The notes under the pieces are model-generated. The model was not told the origin of the DNA. It did not search any database and saw nothing but the letters and a program-made list of their open reading frames with translations. Positions 1 through 9,658 of a stretch of 31,606 bases of DNA are shown piece after piece. Each line of letters begins with the position of its first letter. Within the stretch, counting starts at the first letter, position 1. Source of the DNA: Candidatus Muiribacteriota bacterium (GTDB taxonomy: Bacteria > Muiribacteriota > Muiribacteriia > Muiribacteriales > Muiribacteriaceae); NCBI GenBank assembly GCA_051747805.1, contig JBNJGP010000030.1, positions 1 through 31,606 on the forward strand, written 5' to 3'. The position numbers and the translations under genes are program-made.

Positions 1-113
1 CAGTCGTTACCAGATAGTTTAATCTCGATTGGCGCACCTGCTGAACCCCACCATGGTGCAGGCTGAACAAACTGTATATGTGAAATTCCAACTACATTTA
101 AGTTTTTTATTAT
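1..113 (-). pseudogene. Internal fragment resembling an RND (AcrB/CzcA-type) efflux permease; no start codon, runs off the left window edge
   Basis: Manual translation of the minus strand 113->3 gives IIKNLNVVGISHIQFVQPAPWWGSAGAPIEIKLSGND. G-x-P-I-E-I-K-L-S-G-x-D resembles the RND porter-domain motif. It is preceded in frame by TGA (116-114), directly abutting a terminator hairpin. Confidence 0.45.
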
Positions 114-116
114 TCA

Positions 117-139
117 TCAGGGGCCTTAAAAGCCCCTGA
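117..139 (-). terminator. GC-rich hairpin, probable terminator of the lipoprotein gene
   Basis: TCAGGGGC-cttaaaa-GCCCCTGA, a perfect 8-bp stem 13 nt downstream of the stop at 153-155. No clear U-tract on the minus strand. Confidence 0.6.
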
Positions 140-152
140 ATTTAAAATCATT

Positions 153-2159
153 TTACCTTAAAAACGGATATCCATTATTGGTTGCACCATCAATATCCCA
201 TATTGTATCAAAATCCCAACCATTTTCAGCTAATTCACCACTACTGTCATATGTAGTTTTATTTTTCATTTCCTCTGTTGTTTTGCTTAACACACCGCTG
301 ACTATATTTGCGAAATTCTTTCCCCAAGCTTCATTCAGATTTGATTTTTGATTATCCCATATTGAATATTTTAAATCACCTTCCAATTTACCAACTAATG
401 CTCCGGCACGATCGATAGAATCCCAATCAATTTCGGAATTTGAATAACATTTTTCTATTTTTCCACAATTTGTTCCAACTAAACCGCCTACATAAATATC
501 ATCAATAGGTTCCATTTTTATTATATTATCAAGTGAATACGAGTTTTTTATGCTTCCATAATATTGATAAACATACCCGGCAATCCCTCCAGTATTTTGA
601 TAAGCTTTTATATTTATATCTGTTAAAAATGTATTTAAAATCTGAGCATTATCAGCAAATGAAAATAAACCAACTGCTGATTTATATTTTCTATTTATAG
701 TAAGATTACTAATTTTAAATTGATCTCCGTCAAAACAACCGGTAAAAGGCTCTTCATCAGTTCCAATTGGCAACCACCCTTTACCATCATTATCATGGTC
801 ATATCCAGATAAATCAATATCTGCAATTTGCTTAAAATTGCTTTTTAAAAAATACCTGATATTATTTAATTCATTGGCATTTGATATCAAATATGGATCA
901 GTTTCTGTTCCAGAACCACCCGCAAAATCAGGTTTAATTATACCAGTAATGGTTGTATCTTCGGCAGTCATTGTATATGAAGTTTCAGACGAATATTCCT
1001 CACTGAAAGTTGCGCTATCAGCAGTTGTTTCCCATCTATCAAGTTTATAACCAATCTCTGGTTCAATTTTTAAAGTTACTATTTTCCCATGCGGAACCTG
1101 TTCCACAATATCATTTAAATCTGAATTTGAACCCTCAAAAGTAACTATTAAGTTATATTTTTCATTCATTTCAAAATTAGCTGTTAATGTTTTCTCGCTA
1201 TCCGGCATAATATAACTATACTCGGCCTCGGTGCTTATTTCTGTTTCTGCATCTGTCCAGTTCACAAAATGATAACCTGGAGCAGCAGTAGCCTGTATTT
1301 CTATAGTATCCCCCGGCAGATAAAACCCTTCACCACTTATAGTTCCTGACTCATCATTATTTAAATCAAGATTCAACCCTACTCCATCTTCTTTGTTTGC
1401 TTTAAAAAAAGAAGTCAAGTTTATATCACCAGTTTCAGGCATTGTCAATATAATTTCTTTTGAATCTTTACTTCCTTCAGTTATAAAAGAATTATCTGTT
1501 ATTTGCCATTCAATAAACTCATACCTATCTTTGGGTGTTGCGCTTATTTCTATAGTATCGCCGCTATAATATTTCCCGGAATAATCTGTAACACTACCAC
1601 CTGTTTTATTCTGAACTATCAGATTATTTAAATTGGCATTTTTTAATTCATATATATCACTTTCAAAAGAATCAAATTCTTTATTTTCATTATATGGAGT
1701 CACTTTTAATCTGATTTTTGTATTTTCCTGAATATCTATTCCTGAATACCATGTTGCTTTAAGATTTGTTCCTGAAAGAATTTTTGCTGAATTTAACTTT
1801 GTTACCATTTTCCAGTTTGAAAAACTCAACTCTTCAGAGCCTTCCCCGTCATCGTCATTAGATTCACCCTCAAGCGTTTTATTGGGTGCACTTTGGTCAT
1901 TTTATATTTCCTGATACTCTACCTTTAAATCAAACAAAGGTTCCACCAAACTTGTTTCAAAATCATAACAAATTTCAATATTTCCAGAAAAAATTGCTTC
2001 TTCTGAAATAATTGCTTTAGATTTTAATTTCAAGTTAGAAATTGTTGCTTTGTCAGCAGTTAAATCATTTGAACTACCACCACATCCTGCTATTATAAAA
2101 ATAGCTAAAATCATTAAAACTGGCATAACTTGTCTAAGGTATTTGACTGTAGAATTCAT
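153..2159 (-). pseudogene. Surface lipoprotein with three divergent InlB B-type repeats and a C-terminal GLUG-type domain, interrupted by one in-frame TAA (1904-1902)
   Basis: ORFs 1902..2159 and 153..1829 are in the same frame, and the 24 codons between them are open (NDQSAPNKTLEGESNDDDGEGSEE). Lipobox IAG-C followed by GGSS. Repeats of the type GDTIEIxATxxxGYxFxxW, then FAGGSGTETDPYLISNANELNNIR and GGIAG/GGLVG/GALVG motifs. Confidence 0.8.
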
Positions 2160-2280
2160 AATTCCCCCCGATATTTTATTTTTTAAATATAAATTGCATG
2201 ATTAAACGTTAGGGATTGATAATCAGAGAGTGGTTCAAACTTTACAATAAGATAGAGAAAATTATTATTCAATCCTTTAT
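2157..2280 (-). repeat. Conserved 5' leader, copy 1 (shared with 22244-22366)
   Basis: Manual alignment gives 8 differences over 124 nt versus copy 2. Includes the RBS GGGGGG, the start codon and an inverted repeat AGGGATTGATAAT...ATTATTCAATCC. Confidence 0.95.
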
Positions 2281-2317
2281 ATAAATACAACTTCTAATAA
2301 TTATTTATTTCCATGAA

Positions 2318-2346
2318 ATTATAATTATAAATTTAATAAATGTCAA
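2318..2346 (-). promoter_or_regulatory. Consensus sigma70 promoter for the lipoprotein gene
   Basis: TTGACA (2346-2341), 17-nt spacer, TATAAT (2323-2318). Confidence 0.8.
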
Positions 2347-2444
2347 GTTTAAATTTAGTCGTAAGGGCTACATCGGCAGAAACCATTTAAACCAAGCTTT
2401 TTAAGTGTTTTCCAGTTGAAATTAATCCCAAAAAAAAGAAATTT

Positions 2445-3314
2445 TTAAAAATTCCGGTAAACAGAAGTTTTAAATGTTTTCACATATGGTAGCATTCTTT
2501 TCAGATTAAAATTAACTCTTTCCTGATTTTTAACATCAAAAGTCCAGATACCATATGGAAATTCAGGTAAATTTTCGACCTGAAATTTTATGGCTTTATA
2601 AAGAAGAGCAAATGAAATTCCTTTACCTCTATATTGTTTTCTTAAATAAATATTTCCATACCGTAATGTTTCATCCCCCGCTTTCGTAGCAATAAGCCAG
2701 CCAATAATTTTATCATTTTTTAAAACAGCAAAACTTATTTCAGCAATATAGTTTAAACTTTCCTTATTAAAAGGCGATAGATTATCCTGCTCCCAGTCAT
2801 CTTTTTCTGAATCATTTTTTAACTTTGCTTTTAAATTATTAGAAACTTCACCCCATCTTAATACTTTTAATTTTTCTGGAATTTTTGCTCTTTTAAGCCT
2901 GGGTGATTTTAATATTCTTCGGTCAGTTAAACAGATTCCCTTGACAAACTCAGGTTTACTGAATTTAAAAAAGTCAAAAAATTTTTCTATAGGTGGATTT
3001 GATTCTGAAAGTTTATTATAAATTATATGTAATTTATTAAAATTATTTTCCCTATATGTTTCTAATGCTTTATTTATAAGTAATGTTCCAACTTTTTTTC
3101 TACGATATTTTTTTAAAACATATATATACATAATCCATAGTTCATTGTATTTATTTACATATAATCTTAAATATCCAACTGGTTTATTTAATAGATATAC
3201 ACCAATAACAAAAGAATCTTTATAAAAATTTAGTGAATCTTCAAATTCTCCTGAAGTTAAAAAAAGTTCAAAATCTTTAATTTTGCTTTTGCTTATTTCA
3301 TATATAGAAAACAT
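2445..3314 (-). CDS. Tandem GNAT-family N-acyltransferase, probable RiPP tailoring enzyme
   Basis: Two acyl-CoA-binding motif A-like segments (YIYVLKKYRRKKVGTLLI and NIYLRKQYRGKGISFALL). Last gene of the NHLP export operon, 5 nt from the ABC gene. Confidence 0.8.
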   Translation of the reverse strand: MFSIYEISKSKIKDFELFLTSGEFEDSLNFYKDSFVIGVYLLNKPVGYLRLYVNKYNELWIMYIYVLKKYRRKKVGTLLINKALETYRENNFNKLHIIYNKLSESNPPIEKFFDFFKFSKPEFVKGICLTDRRILKSPRLKRAKIPEKLKVLRWGEVSNNLKAKLKNDSEKDDWEQDNLSPFNKESLNYIAEISFAVLKNDKIIGWLIATKAGDETLRYGNIYLRKQYRGKGISFALLYKAIKFQVENLPEFPYGIWTFDVKNQERVNFNLKRMLPYVKTFKTSVYRNF

Positions 3315-3319
3315 ATTCT

Positions 3320-6205
3320 TTAAACAACCTGTCTGCTGGCTATTTCTTTAAATATTCCATTCATTTTTATTAGTTCTTCATAATTTCCCTGTTCAACCAC
3401 TCTTCCTTTATCCATGACAATTATCTTATCTGCATTTTTAATTGTTGATAATCTATGGGCTATTACAATCCTAGTCGCCTTAAGCTTTTCAATACTTTCG
3501 CTGACAATATTCTGTGTATAATTATCAAGTGCACTTGTAGCCTCATCAAAAAAAATAACTGATGGTCTGTGAACCAGTGCTTTTGCAATAAGAATTCTCT
3601 GCTTCTGTCCACCAGATAACGTTCCGCCACCTTCAGATACAATTGTATGCATTCCCATAGGCATATTTTTGATATCATCAGCCAACCCGACCTCCTCAGC
3701 AGCCCGCCAGGCATGTGTTAAACTTAACTGCCTTGCTCCAACAATATTATTATAAATATCCCCAGATAAAAGCTGTCCATTCTGCAGTACAACTCCGAGC
3801 TGATTTCTGAGAGATTTAAGGTCCAGTTTGTTAATATCCTTGTCATCATAGTTAACTGTGCCACTTTCAGCTTTTTCAAATCCAAGCAGTAATCTTAACA
3901 GGGTAGATTTTCCTGAGCCAGATGGTCCAACAACCGCAATAAAATCGCCTGGTTTTGCATGAAATGAAACATCATCAAGAATTTTCTCCCCTTTTTCTTC
4001 ATACCTGAAAGATATATGACTTGCCTCAATCTGACCATTTAAACTGGTGCAGATAATTCCCCCGTGTTTTTTTTCAGTTTCTTTTTCAAGAATTGGTTTT
4101 GCTTTTTCAAACAATGGAACAATATCAAAAATTGAAATTAATGATTCTGTTAAATTAAGCATTGCGGTAAGTAAAATAGTAAAAGCTGCATTAAAAGCTA
4201 AAAAATGCCCGGTTGACATTTTTAAAAGCATTGTAGTTTCATCTCTTTCGCCTTTTAAAATAAAAAAAGAAAAAATAATGGCAGATGCTACAACCGGGAA
4301 AAATGAGTTAAAAACTTTTATTATATTTCCAATTTTTCTCTGTTTAAAATTCAATTCTTTTTTTTCTTTAAATTTTTCTGACCATTTATAAAAAGCACGA
4401 TCTTCTGCCCCGGCAATTCTTATTTTTGCTATACCTTTTAATATTTGAAAAACAATTGATGATATTTTAACCTCGAGGTCAATTATTTTTCTTCTTGTTT
4501 TTATATTAAGATAGGAAAAAAAGCCAGAAAACAAAACAGCACCTGCAACTAAAGCTGTTCCAAGAAGTCCAAGTTTGAAATTAAAATAAAACATCAGTAG
4601 AAGATTAAACACAGAAAAAATTGCTGCAATAAACGAATTTATCGATGATCCTGATAAAATCTGTCTTATTTTGTTAATTCCCATAGCACGCTCTGCTAAA
4701 TCAGCTGAATTGAATTTTTTAAAAAATGTTGCGGGAAGATTTAATAATCTTATCCATATAGCAGATTGTACAGTTAAATCAGTTTTTTCTTCTAACCTTA
4801 AAAATGCAAATCCTCTAACCATATTAAAAACAAAGGCTGCTATCACACTTGAAATAAGAAGCATAGCGGCAGTTAAAAGCAACGATGAATCAGATTGAGG
4901 AATAATTTTATCAATTAACTGACCGGTTACAATCGGCGACACAATTGCGATTACACCAGCCAAAGCGGCCATAAGAATTATTGTATATTTATCTTTGTCC
5001 CAGCCCGCTTTGATTGCAAAAGATAGTAAATCCTTTATTGTAATTTTTTTATCCGAAAGCGCCGGATAAATCATATATCCATAATCTGAAAAACTGCCTC
5101 CGATTATTTCATTCAGAATATATGGAGATTTTCCCTGTTCATAAACCATATAAACTGAAGGGCTATGAGGTATCAGAGCAACCGGCTTTTTGCTGTTTTT
5201 AAAAAAAGCTATAACTGGTCCATTATCTTTATTAAAAAAATTGTTTTCAAGAACTATTTTACGGGTTGAAACACCTGAATATCTAACCATTTCCTGAAAA
5301 GAAACTTCTTTTTCTTTTGTAATAAATAAGGCGTTATCTATTAAATTAGTATTGGTGAATTTTGAAACCACTTCAAAAACATAAACCATAGAATTTTCGC
5401 TTGTGCCTTCATATTCTTTATCAGTTTTATTTAAAATTTTCCCCAGCTTATTCAGAGATTCTTTTCTTATCTGTTTATCAATTTTTTCACTTTGATTATA
5501 TTTTTTCACTTCTTCAAGTATATTTTCATTAATTTTTTTAATTATTAGATTTTTAAAAAGGGATAAAACGTTTAATAAATTATTTATAAAGTTTTTATTG
5601 TTTATAACGTCACTTGTTTTTTGAACCTCAATTATGCCATCATCAGCAACTTTTAAATTTAATTTATTTGAAACTGGAAGAATTTCATATTGATTAATAT
5701 TAGAAATTTCCTGGCAACAATATGATTTGAAAATACCACAGTTTTTTACCCAGTAAAGCTCTTTTAAACTTCGCAATTCAGTGTTTTTTTCAACTTTTAA
5801 ATCCCCAGTTTTTTCAATTAGGGTGGTTTTTGAATTATTTTCATCAAAACATAAAAAAAATGATAATTTATTAAAATATTTTTCAATATATTTACAAAGC
5901 AAATCTTTGCTGCATTTTTCTATAAATTCTTTCACCGGCATACAGTACAGTCTGGTATTTAATAAGCCTGTTACAATAAACTGAGATTTATCGCCGGAGT
6001 CAAAAGAAAAAAATATTTCATCTTTTTCAAACCTGGATAAAAAATGCCTTCTATCATATAATTTATCATTGTCAGTTAAAGTATAAAAAATATCTGCGCC
6101 GCCGGAATCAACGTAATAAACAACATCGGAATTTTCCATAAAAACAGGATGACTACCGTCTATTTTCACTTCCTGACCTGATTTAATAAAACTTTCTTTA
6201 ATCAT
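3320..6205 (-). CDS. NHLP bacteriocin export ABC transporter permease/ATPase (peptidase-less partner, TIGR03797-like)
   Basis: Transmembrane domain plus Walker A GPSGSGKST, LSGGQKQR and DEATSALD. N-terminal cNMP-binding-like segment and a degenerate peptidase-like region (KDNGPVIAF). Confidence 0.9.
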   Translation of the reverse strand: MIKESFIKSGQEVKIDGSHPVFMENSDVVYYVDSGGADIFYTLTDNDKLYDRRHFLSRFEKDEIFFSFDSGDKSQFIVTGLLNTRLYCMPVKEFIEKCSKDLLCKYIEKYFNKLSFFLCFDENNSKTTLIEKTGDLKVEKNTELRSLKELYWVKNCGIFKSYCCQEISNINQYEILPVSNKLNLKVADDGIIEVQKTSDVINNKNFINNLLNVLSLFKNLIIKKINENILEEVKKYNQSEKIDKQIRKESLNKLGKILNKTDKEYEGTSENSMVYVFEVVSKFTNTNLIDNALFITKEKEVSFQEMVRYSGVSTRKIVLENNFFNKDNGPVIAFFKNSKKPVALIPHSPSVYMVYEQGKSPYILNEIIGGSFSDYGYMIYPALSDKKITIKDLLSFAIKAGWDKDKYTIILMAALAGVIAIVSPIVTGQLIDKIIPQSDSSLLLTAAMLLISSVIAAFVFNMVRGFAFLRLEEKTDLTVQSAIWIRLLNLPATFFKKFNSADLAERAMGINKIRQILSGSSINSFIAAIFSVFNLLLMFYFNFKLGLLGTALVAGAVLFSGFFSYLNIKTRRKIIDLEVKISSIVFQILKGIAKIRIAGAEDRAFYKWSEKFKEKKELNFKQRKIGNIIKVFNSFFPVVASAIIFSFFILKGERDETTMLLKMSTGHFLAFNAAFTILLTAMLNLTESLISIFDIVPLFEKAKPILEKETEKKHGGIICTSLNGQIEASHISFRYEEKGEKILDDVSFHAKPGDFIAVVGPSGSGKSTLLRLLLGFEKAESGTVNYDDKDINKLDLKSLRNQLGVVLQNGQLLSGDIYNNIVGARQLSLTHAWRAAEEVGLADDIKNMPMGMHTIVSEGGGTLSGGQKQRILIAKALVHRPSVIFFDEATSALDNYTQNIVSESIEKLKATRIVIAHRLSTIKNADKIIVMDKGRVVEQGNYEELIKMNGIFKEIASRQVV

Positions 6206-6220
6206 TTTTAATTCCTTTAT

Positions 6221-8395
6221 CTACAAACTAATTAGTTTTGAATAATCTCCCTGTTTCTCAGACAATTTATCATGGGTGCCACGCTCAACTATTTTACCAT
6301 TTTTTAATACGATAATTTCATCCGCATCTCTAATTGTACTGAGTCTATGCGCTACAATAATACATGTGCATCCTCTTTTTCTGATGTTTTCGTCAATTTT
6401 CTTTTCAGTTACCGGATCTAAGGCACTCGTTGCCTCATCCAGTATTAAAATGGTTGGATTACAGACAAGAGCTCTTGCAATTTCAAGCCTCTGTCTCTGT
6501 CCTCCTGAAAAGTTTCCACCATTTTCACTCACCATTGCATCAAGGCCTTCTGGTCTTGAGGCTACCACATCATATATCTGGGCATCTTTTAAAGCATTGA
6601 TGATTGACTCATCCGGTACTGTTGGATCCCATAATGTTAAATTATCACGAATTGAACCTGAAAACATGGAAATATCTTGATCAACAACAGAAATAGAATT
6701 ATTGATAATATTTCTATCAATTCTATTTCTTTCTTTTCCATCAAAAAAAATTGCTCCTCCCCATTCCTGATTAAGCCCCGAAACAATTTTTGCTATTGTT
6801 GATTTTCCGCTACCGGAGCCGCCTACTAAAGCAACTCTTTTACCAGGATAAAGTTTAAGATTAAAATCCTTTATAAAAGGTTCTTCCAGAACATTATAAC
6901 CAAAAGAGATATTTTCAATTTTTAGATTACCAGATAGTTTTACTTTGTCCGCCTCTAAATTTTCTTTGTTTTCGTCATATAATCTATCCTGTTTATAGTT
7001 AAAAACATCATCAAGCCTTTTCATATCGGCTGTTATACTCTGCATTTCACCGCCAAGTGAAACAAGATTTTCAAATGGTCTTAAAAAACTCTGCATAAGA
7101 CTTTGAAAAGCTATAAGCATACCAATGCTCATAACCCCGTCAATTACTTTAAATCCACCAATTGATAAAATAACAGCAATATTTAATCCTGATAGAAATA
7201 TTGGAATATTAACCAAAAACTGTTCATATAATCCCATTTTCTGCTCTTCATTTATACACTTTGCATGATATCCCGACCATTTAGAAAAAAAATCTTCTTC
7301 ATTTCCACCAGCTTTCAATGACTCAATAGCGGTAAGTCCTGCCATGGAAACTCCCATTAAATTACCATAGTTAATCTGAAGTTTCTGACTCTGCTCTTTC
7401 CTGAACGATGATATATAGTGAAGAACTATTAAATTTAAACTGGCAATTGTTATACCGACTAAAGTTAAAAAAACATCATATTGAATCATTATTAAAACAT
7501 AAAATATAACAGTAAAACAGTTAACCATATTTGTTGTTAACTTCTCGCCAATTAATTTTGCAACATTATCATTGGATTCAACCCTGCCGGATATTTCCCC
7601 TGCATATCTCTGATTAAAAAAACTTACAGGTAACCTTAATGTATGCCATAAAAATCTGGCAGAACTCACAATTGAAAGTTTTGTTTCAAATCTTAAAAGA
7701 TAATATTGCTGTATCCAGGTTAAAAAAAGTCTGGCCAGTGCTGTTATTGCCATACCCAGAATCAATGGTTTAAACCAGTCATTCATCATTCCAATAAGAA
7801 CCTGATCAACAAAAATCCTTGTAAATACCGGAATTACAAGTCCCGGTATAACTAAAAAAAGGCCAATAATACAAACATACAAAAAAGCGATTTCAAGACC
7901 TTTTAACCTTTTATAAAGCATATTTGTCACTGTCTTTTTTTCCCCGCCTTTTTTAAATTCAGCAGTTTCTTTAAAAGTCATTACTATGCCGGTAAAACTC
8001 ATATCAAACTCTTCATAAGATATAACTTTTCTTCCGGATTTAGGATCATTAAGATAAACTTTATTTCCTTTAAAGCCTTCAAGAACAAGAAAATGATTAA
8101 AATTCCAGTGAATTATCATAGGCGGTTTTATTTGAAGTAAATCTTCAGGCTCTTTTCTGAAACCTTTCGCCTCGAGCCCGTATTTTCTAGCAGCTTTAAG
8201 CATATTACTGGCCTTAACACCATCTCTTGAAACCCCGCAGGAAATTCTAAGCTCTTCAAGTGTAATATAAAGACCTTTTGAGGCAAGAATCATTGCAAGA
8301 GAAGCTGCTCCGCATTCCACAGCTTCCATCTGTAAAATAGTCGGAACTTTAGCCCTTTTATATTTACTTTTAATTTTTTTTTCTTTTTTAAACAT
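6221..8395 (-). CDS. NHLP family ABC transporter with C39 peptidase/permease/ATPase domains (TIGR03796-like)
   Basis: PTILQMEAVECGAASL (catalytic Cys), HWNFNHFLVLEG (His), LNDP; GGSGSGKST, FSGGQRQR, DEATSALD. Confidence 0.95.
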   Translation of the reverse strand: MFKKEKKIKSKYKRAKVPTILQMEAVECGAASLAMILASKGLYITLEELRISCGVSRDGVKASNMLKAARKYGLEAKGFRKEPEDLLQIKPPMIIHWNFNHFLVLEGFKGNKVYLNDPKSGRKVISYEEFDMSFTGIVMTFKETAEFKKGGEKKTVTNMLYKRLKGLEIAFLYVCIIGLFLVIPGLVIPVFTRIFVDQVLIGMMNDWFKPLILGMAITALARLFLTWIQQYYLLRFETKLSIVSSARFLWHTLRLPVSFFNQRYAGEISGRVESNDNVAKLIGEKLTTNMVNCFTVIFYVLIMIQYDVFLTLVGITIASLNLIVLHYISSFRKEQSQKLQINYGNLMGVSMAGLTAIESLKAGGNEEDFFSKWSGYHAKCINEEQKMGLYEQFLVNIPIFLSGLNIAVILSIGGFKVIDGVMSIGMLIAFQSLMQSFLRPFENLVSLGGEMQSITADMKRLDDVFNYKQDRLYDENKENLEADKVKLSGNLKIENISFGYNVLEEPFIKDFNLKLYPGKRVALVGGSGSGKSTIAKIVSGLNQEWGGAIFFDGKERNRIDRNIINNSISVVDQDISMFSGSIRDNLTLWDPTVPDESIINALKDAQIYDVVASRPEGLDAMVSENGGNFSGGQRQRLEIARALVCNPTILILDEATSALDPVTEKKIDENIRKRGCTCIIVAHRLSTIRDADEIIVLKNGKIVERGTHDKLSEKQGDYSKLISL

Positions 8396-8398
8396 ATT

Positions 8399-9658
8399 TT
8401 ACAATCCTAAAAATCTTTTTAATCCAGGAATCACAAGTGATATTGGTCTTTCTTTTTTTATAGTAACAGTTATGTCACAAATTGTTCCGGAAAAAATTTC
8501 ATGTGGTGGTCCTTCATCTGAAGTCCACTCATAACCGCTTGGAGTCTTAGAATCTACTTTTAAATCTGCATGTACTGCAATCAACGGCCCGAGCTCAAGC
8601 AGTGAATGAATAAGCGTTTCATTACCAACAGTTTTGTACATTTCTTCTGTAGATACAGGATATTCAGAAACACCAACTACATGAGCAAGAATATTTCCAT
8701 ACTCTTCTTTTCTTACAGTTGAAGGAGAAACCTGAGCCCCCATACCATGTTTTATCTTTTTTCCATCTTCCGCTTTAACAAATCCAACAGCTACAAGCTC
8801 TTTAATATCTTTACCAGTTCTCTCAATTTTAATTATACTCTCGCCGGGATTAATTAAATCATTTTTATCAATACTAACTTCAATTACACGGCCATTATAT
8901 GGACTGATAACTCTGGAATTTTTATAAAACTCTTCCTGTAAATAGGCGATTTCTTCTTCCATATTTCTTATATTTTCATTTATTTTACTTATTTCCTGAA
9001 TTTTTTGTTTTTCAGTTGAAATACCCTCAAGGTCAAGCTCTTTTATTCTATTTTCAAGTTGATTAATTTTATTTTCTGTATCATTTATCTGAAGGGCGGT
9101 TTCGGTTAGCATTTGTCTGGTAATTATTCCATCTTTTAAGAGTTCTTCCTGTGAATCACGCTGTTGTTTCAAAAAAGTAAGTTTAGTTTGAAGCGAATTT
9201 ATCTGCGAATGCAAATTATCTAATGTTTGTGAATTAATCTTGCTTTCAACAACATCTCTTTCAATTTCTAATTCTTCGAGTTTTTGAAGTTCTTCCTCAT
9301 ATATACTTAAATCTTTTTTTAACCCATTTATCTTCTGTAAAATATCACGTTGTTCTAAACGTGCAATAACATCACCTTTTTTGACAATATCATTTTCAAA
9401 CACCCTTACATCAGAAATTTTTCCGCTTGAAATATGATGAACTGTCTGAATTCCTCCTGATTTCATCAATAATCCTTTTCCCTCAACTCTATATGGCAAT
9501 TCCCCAAAAACACCCCATATAATGGAAAGTATAATAAAAAAACCAGCAGCAATAAGTGCTATCCACCCTTTTGGTGATATAACAGTGACCATCTGATCCA
9601 GCTCATCGGGAGATTGTAATCTTTCAAGTGCTTTTTTACGATAAAGAAAATTATTCAT
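8399..9658 (-). CDS. NHLP bacteriocin system secretion protein (HlyD-family membrane fusion protein, TIGR03794-like)
   Basis: N-terminal YRKKALERLQSPDELDQM, one TM helix, long coiled coil, VSPSTVRKEEYG, C-terminal SGYEWTS...RPISLVIP. Confidence 0.93.
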   Translation of the reverse strand: MNNFLYRKKALERLQSPDELDQMVTVISPKGWIALIAAGFFIILSIIWGVFGELPYRVEGKGLLMKSGGIQTVHHISSGKISDVRVFENDIVKKGDVIARLEQRDILQKINGLKKDLSIYEEELQKLEELEIERDVVESKINSQTLDNLHSQINSLQTKLTFLKQQRDSQEELLKDGIITRQMLTETALQINDTENKINQLENRIKELDLEGISTEKQKIQEISKINENIRNMEEEIAYLQEEFYKNSRVISPYNGRVIEVSIDKNDLINPGESIIKIERTGKDIKELVAVGFVKAEDGKKIKHGMGAQVSPSTVRKEEYGNILAHVVGVSEYPVSTEEMYKTVGNETLIHSLLELGPLIAVHADLKVDSKTPSGYEWTSDEGPPHEIFSGTICDITVTIKKERPISLVIPGLKRFLGL

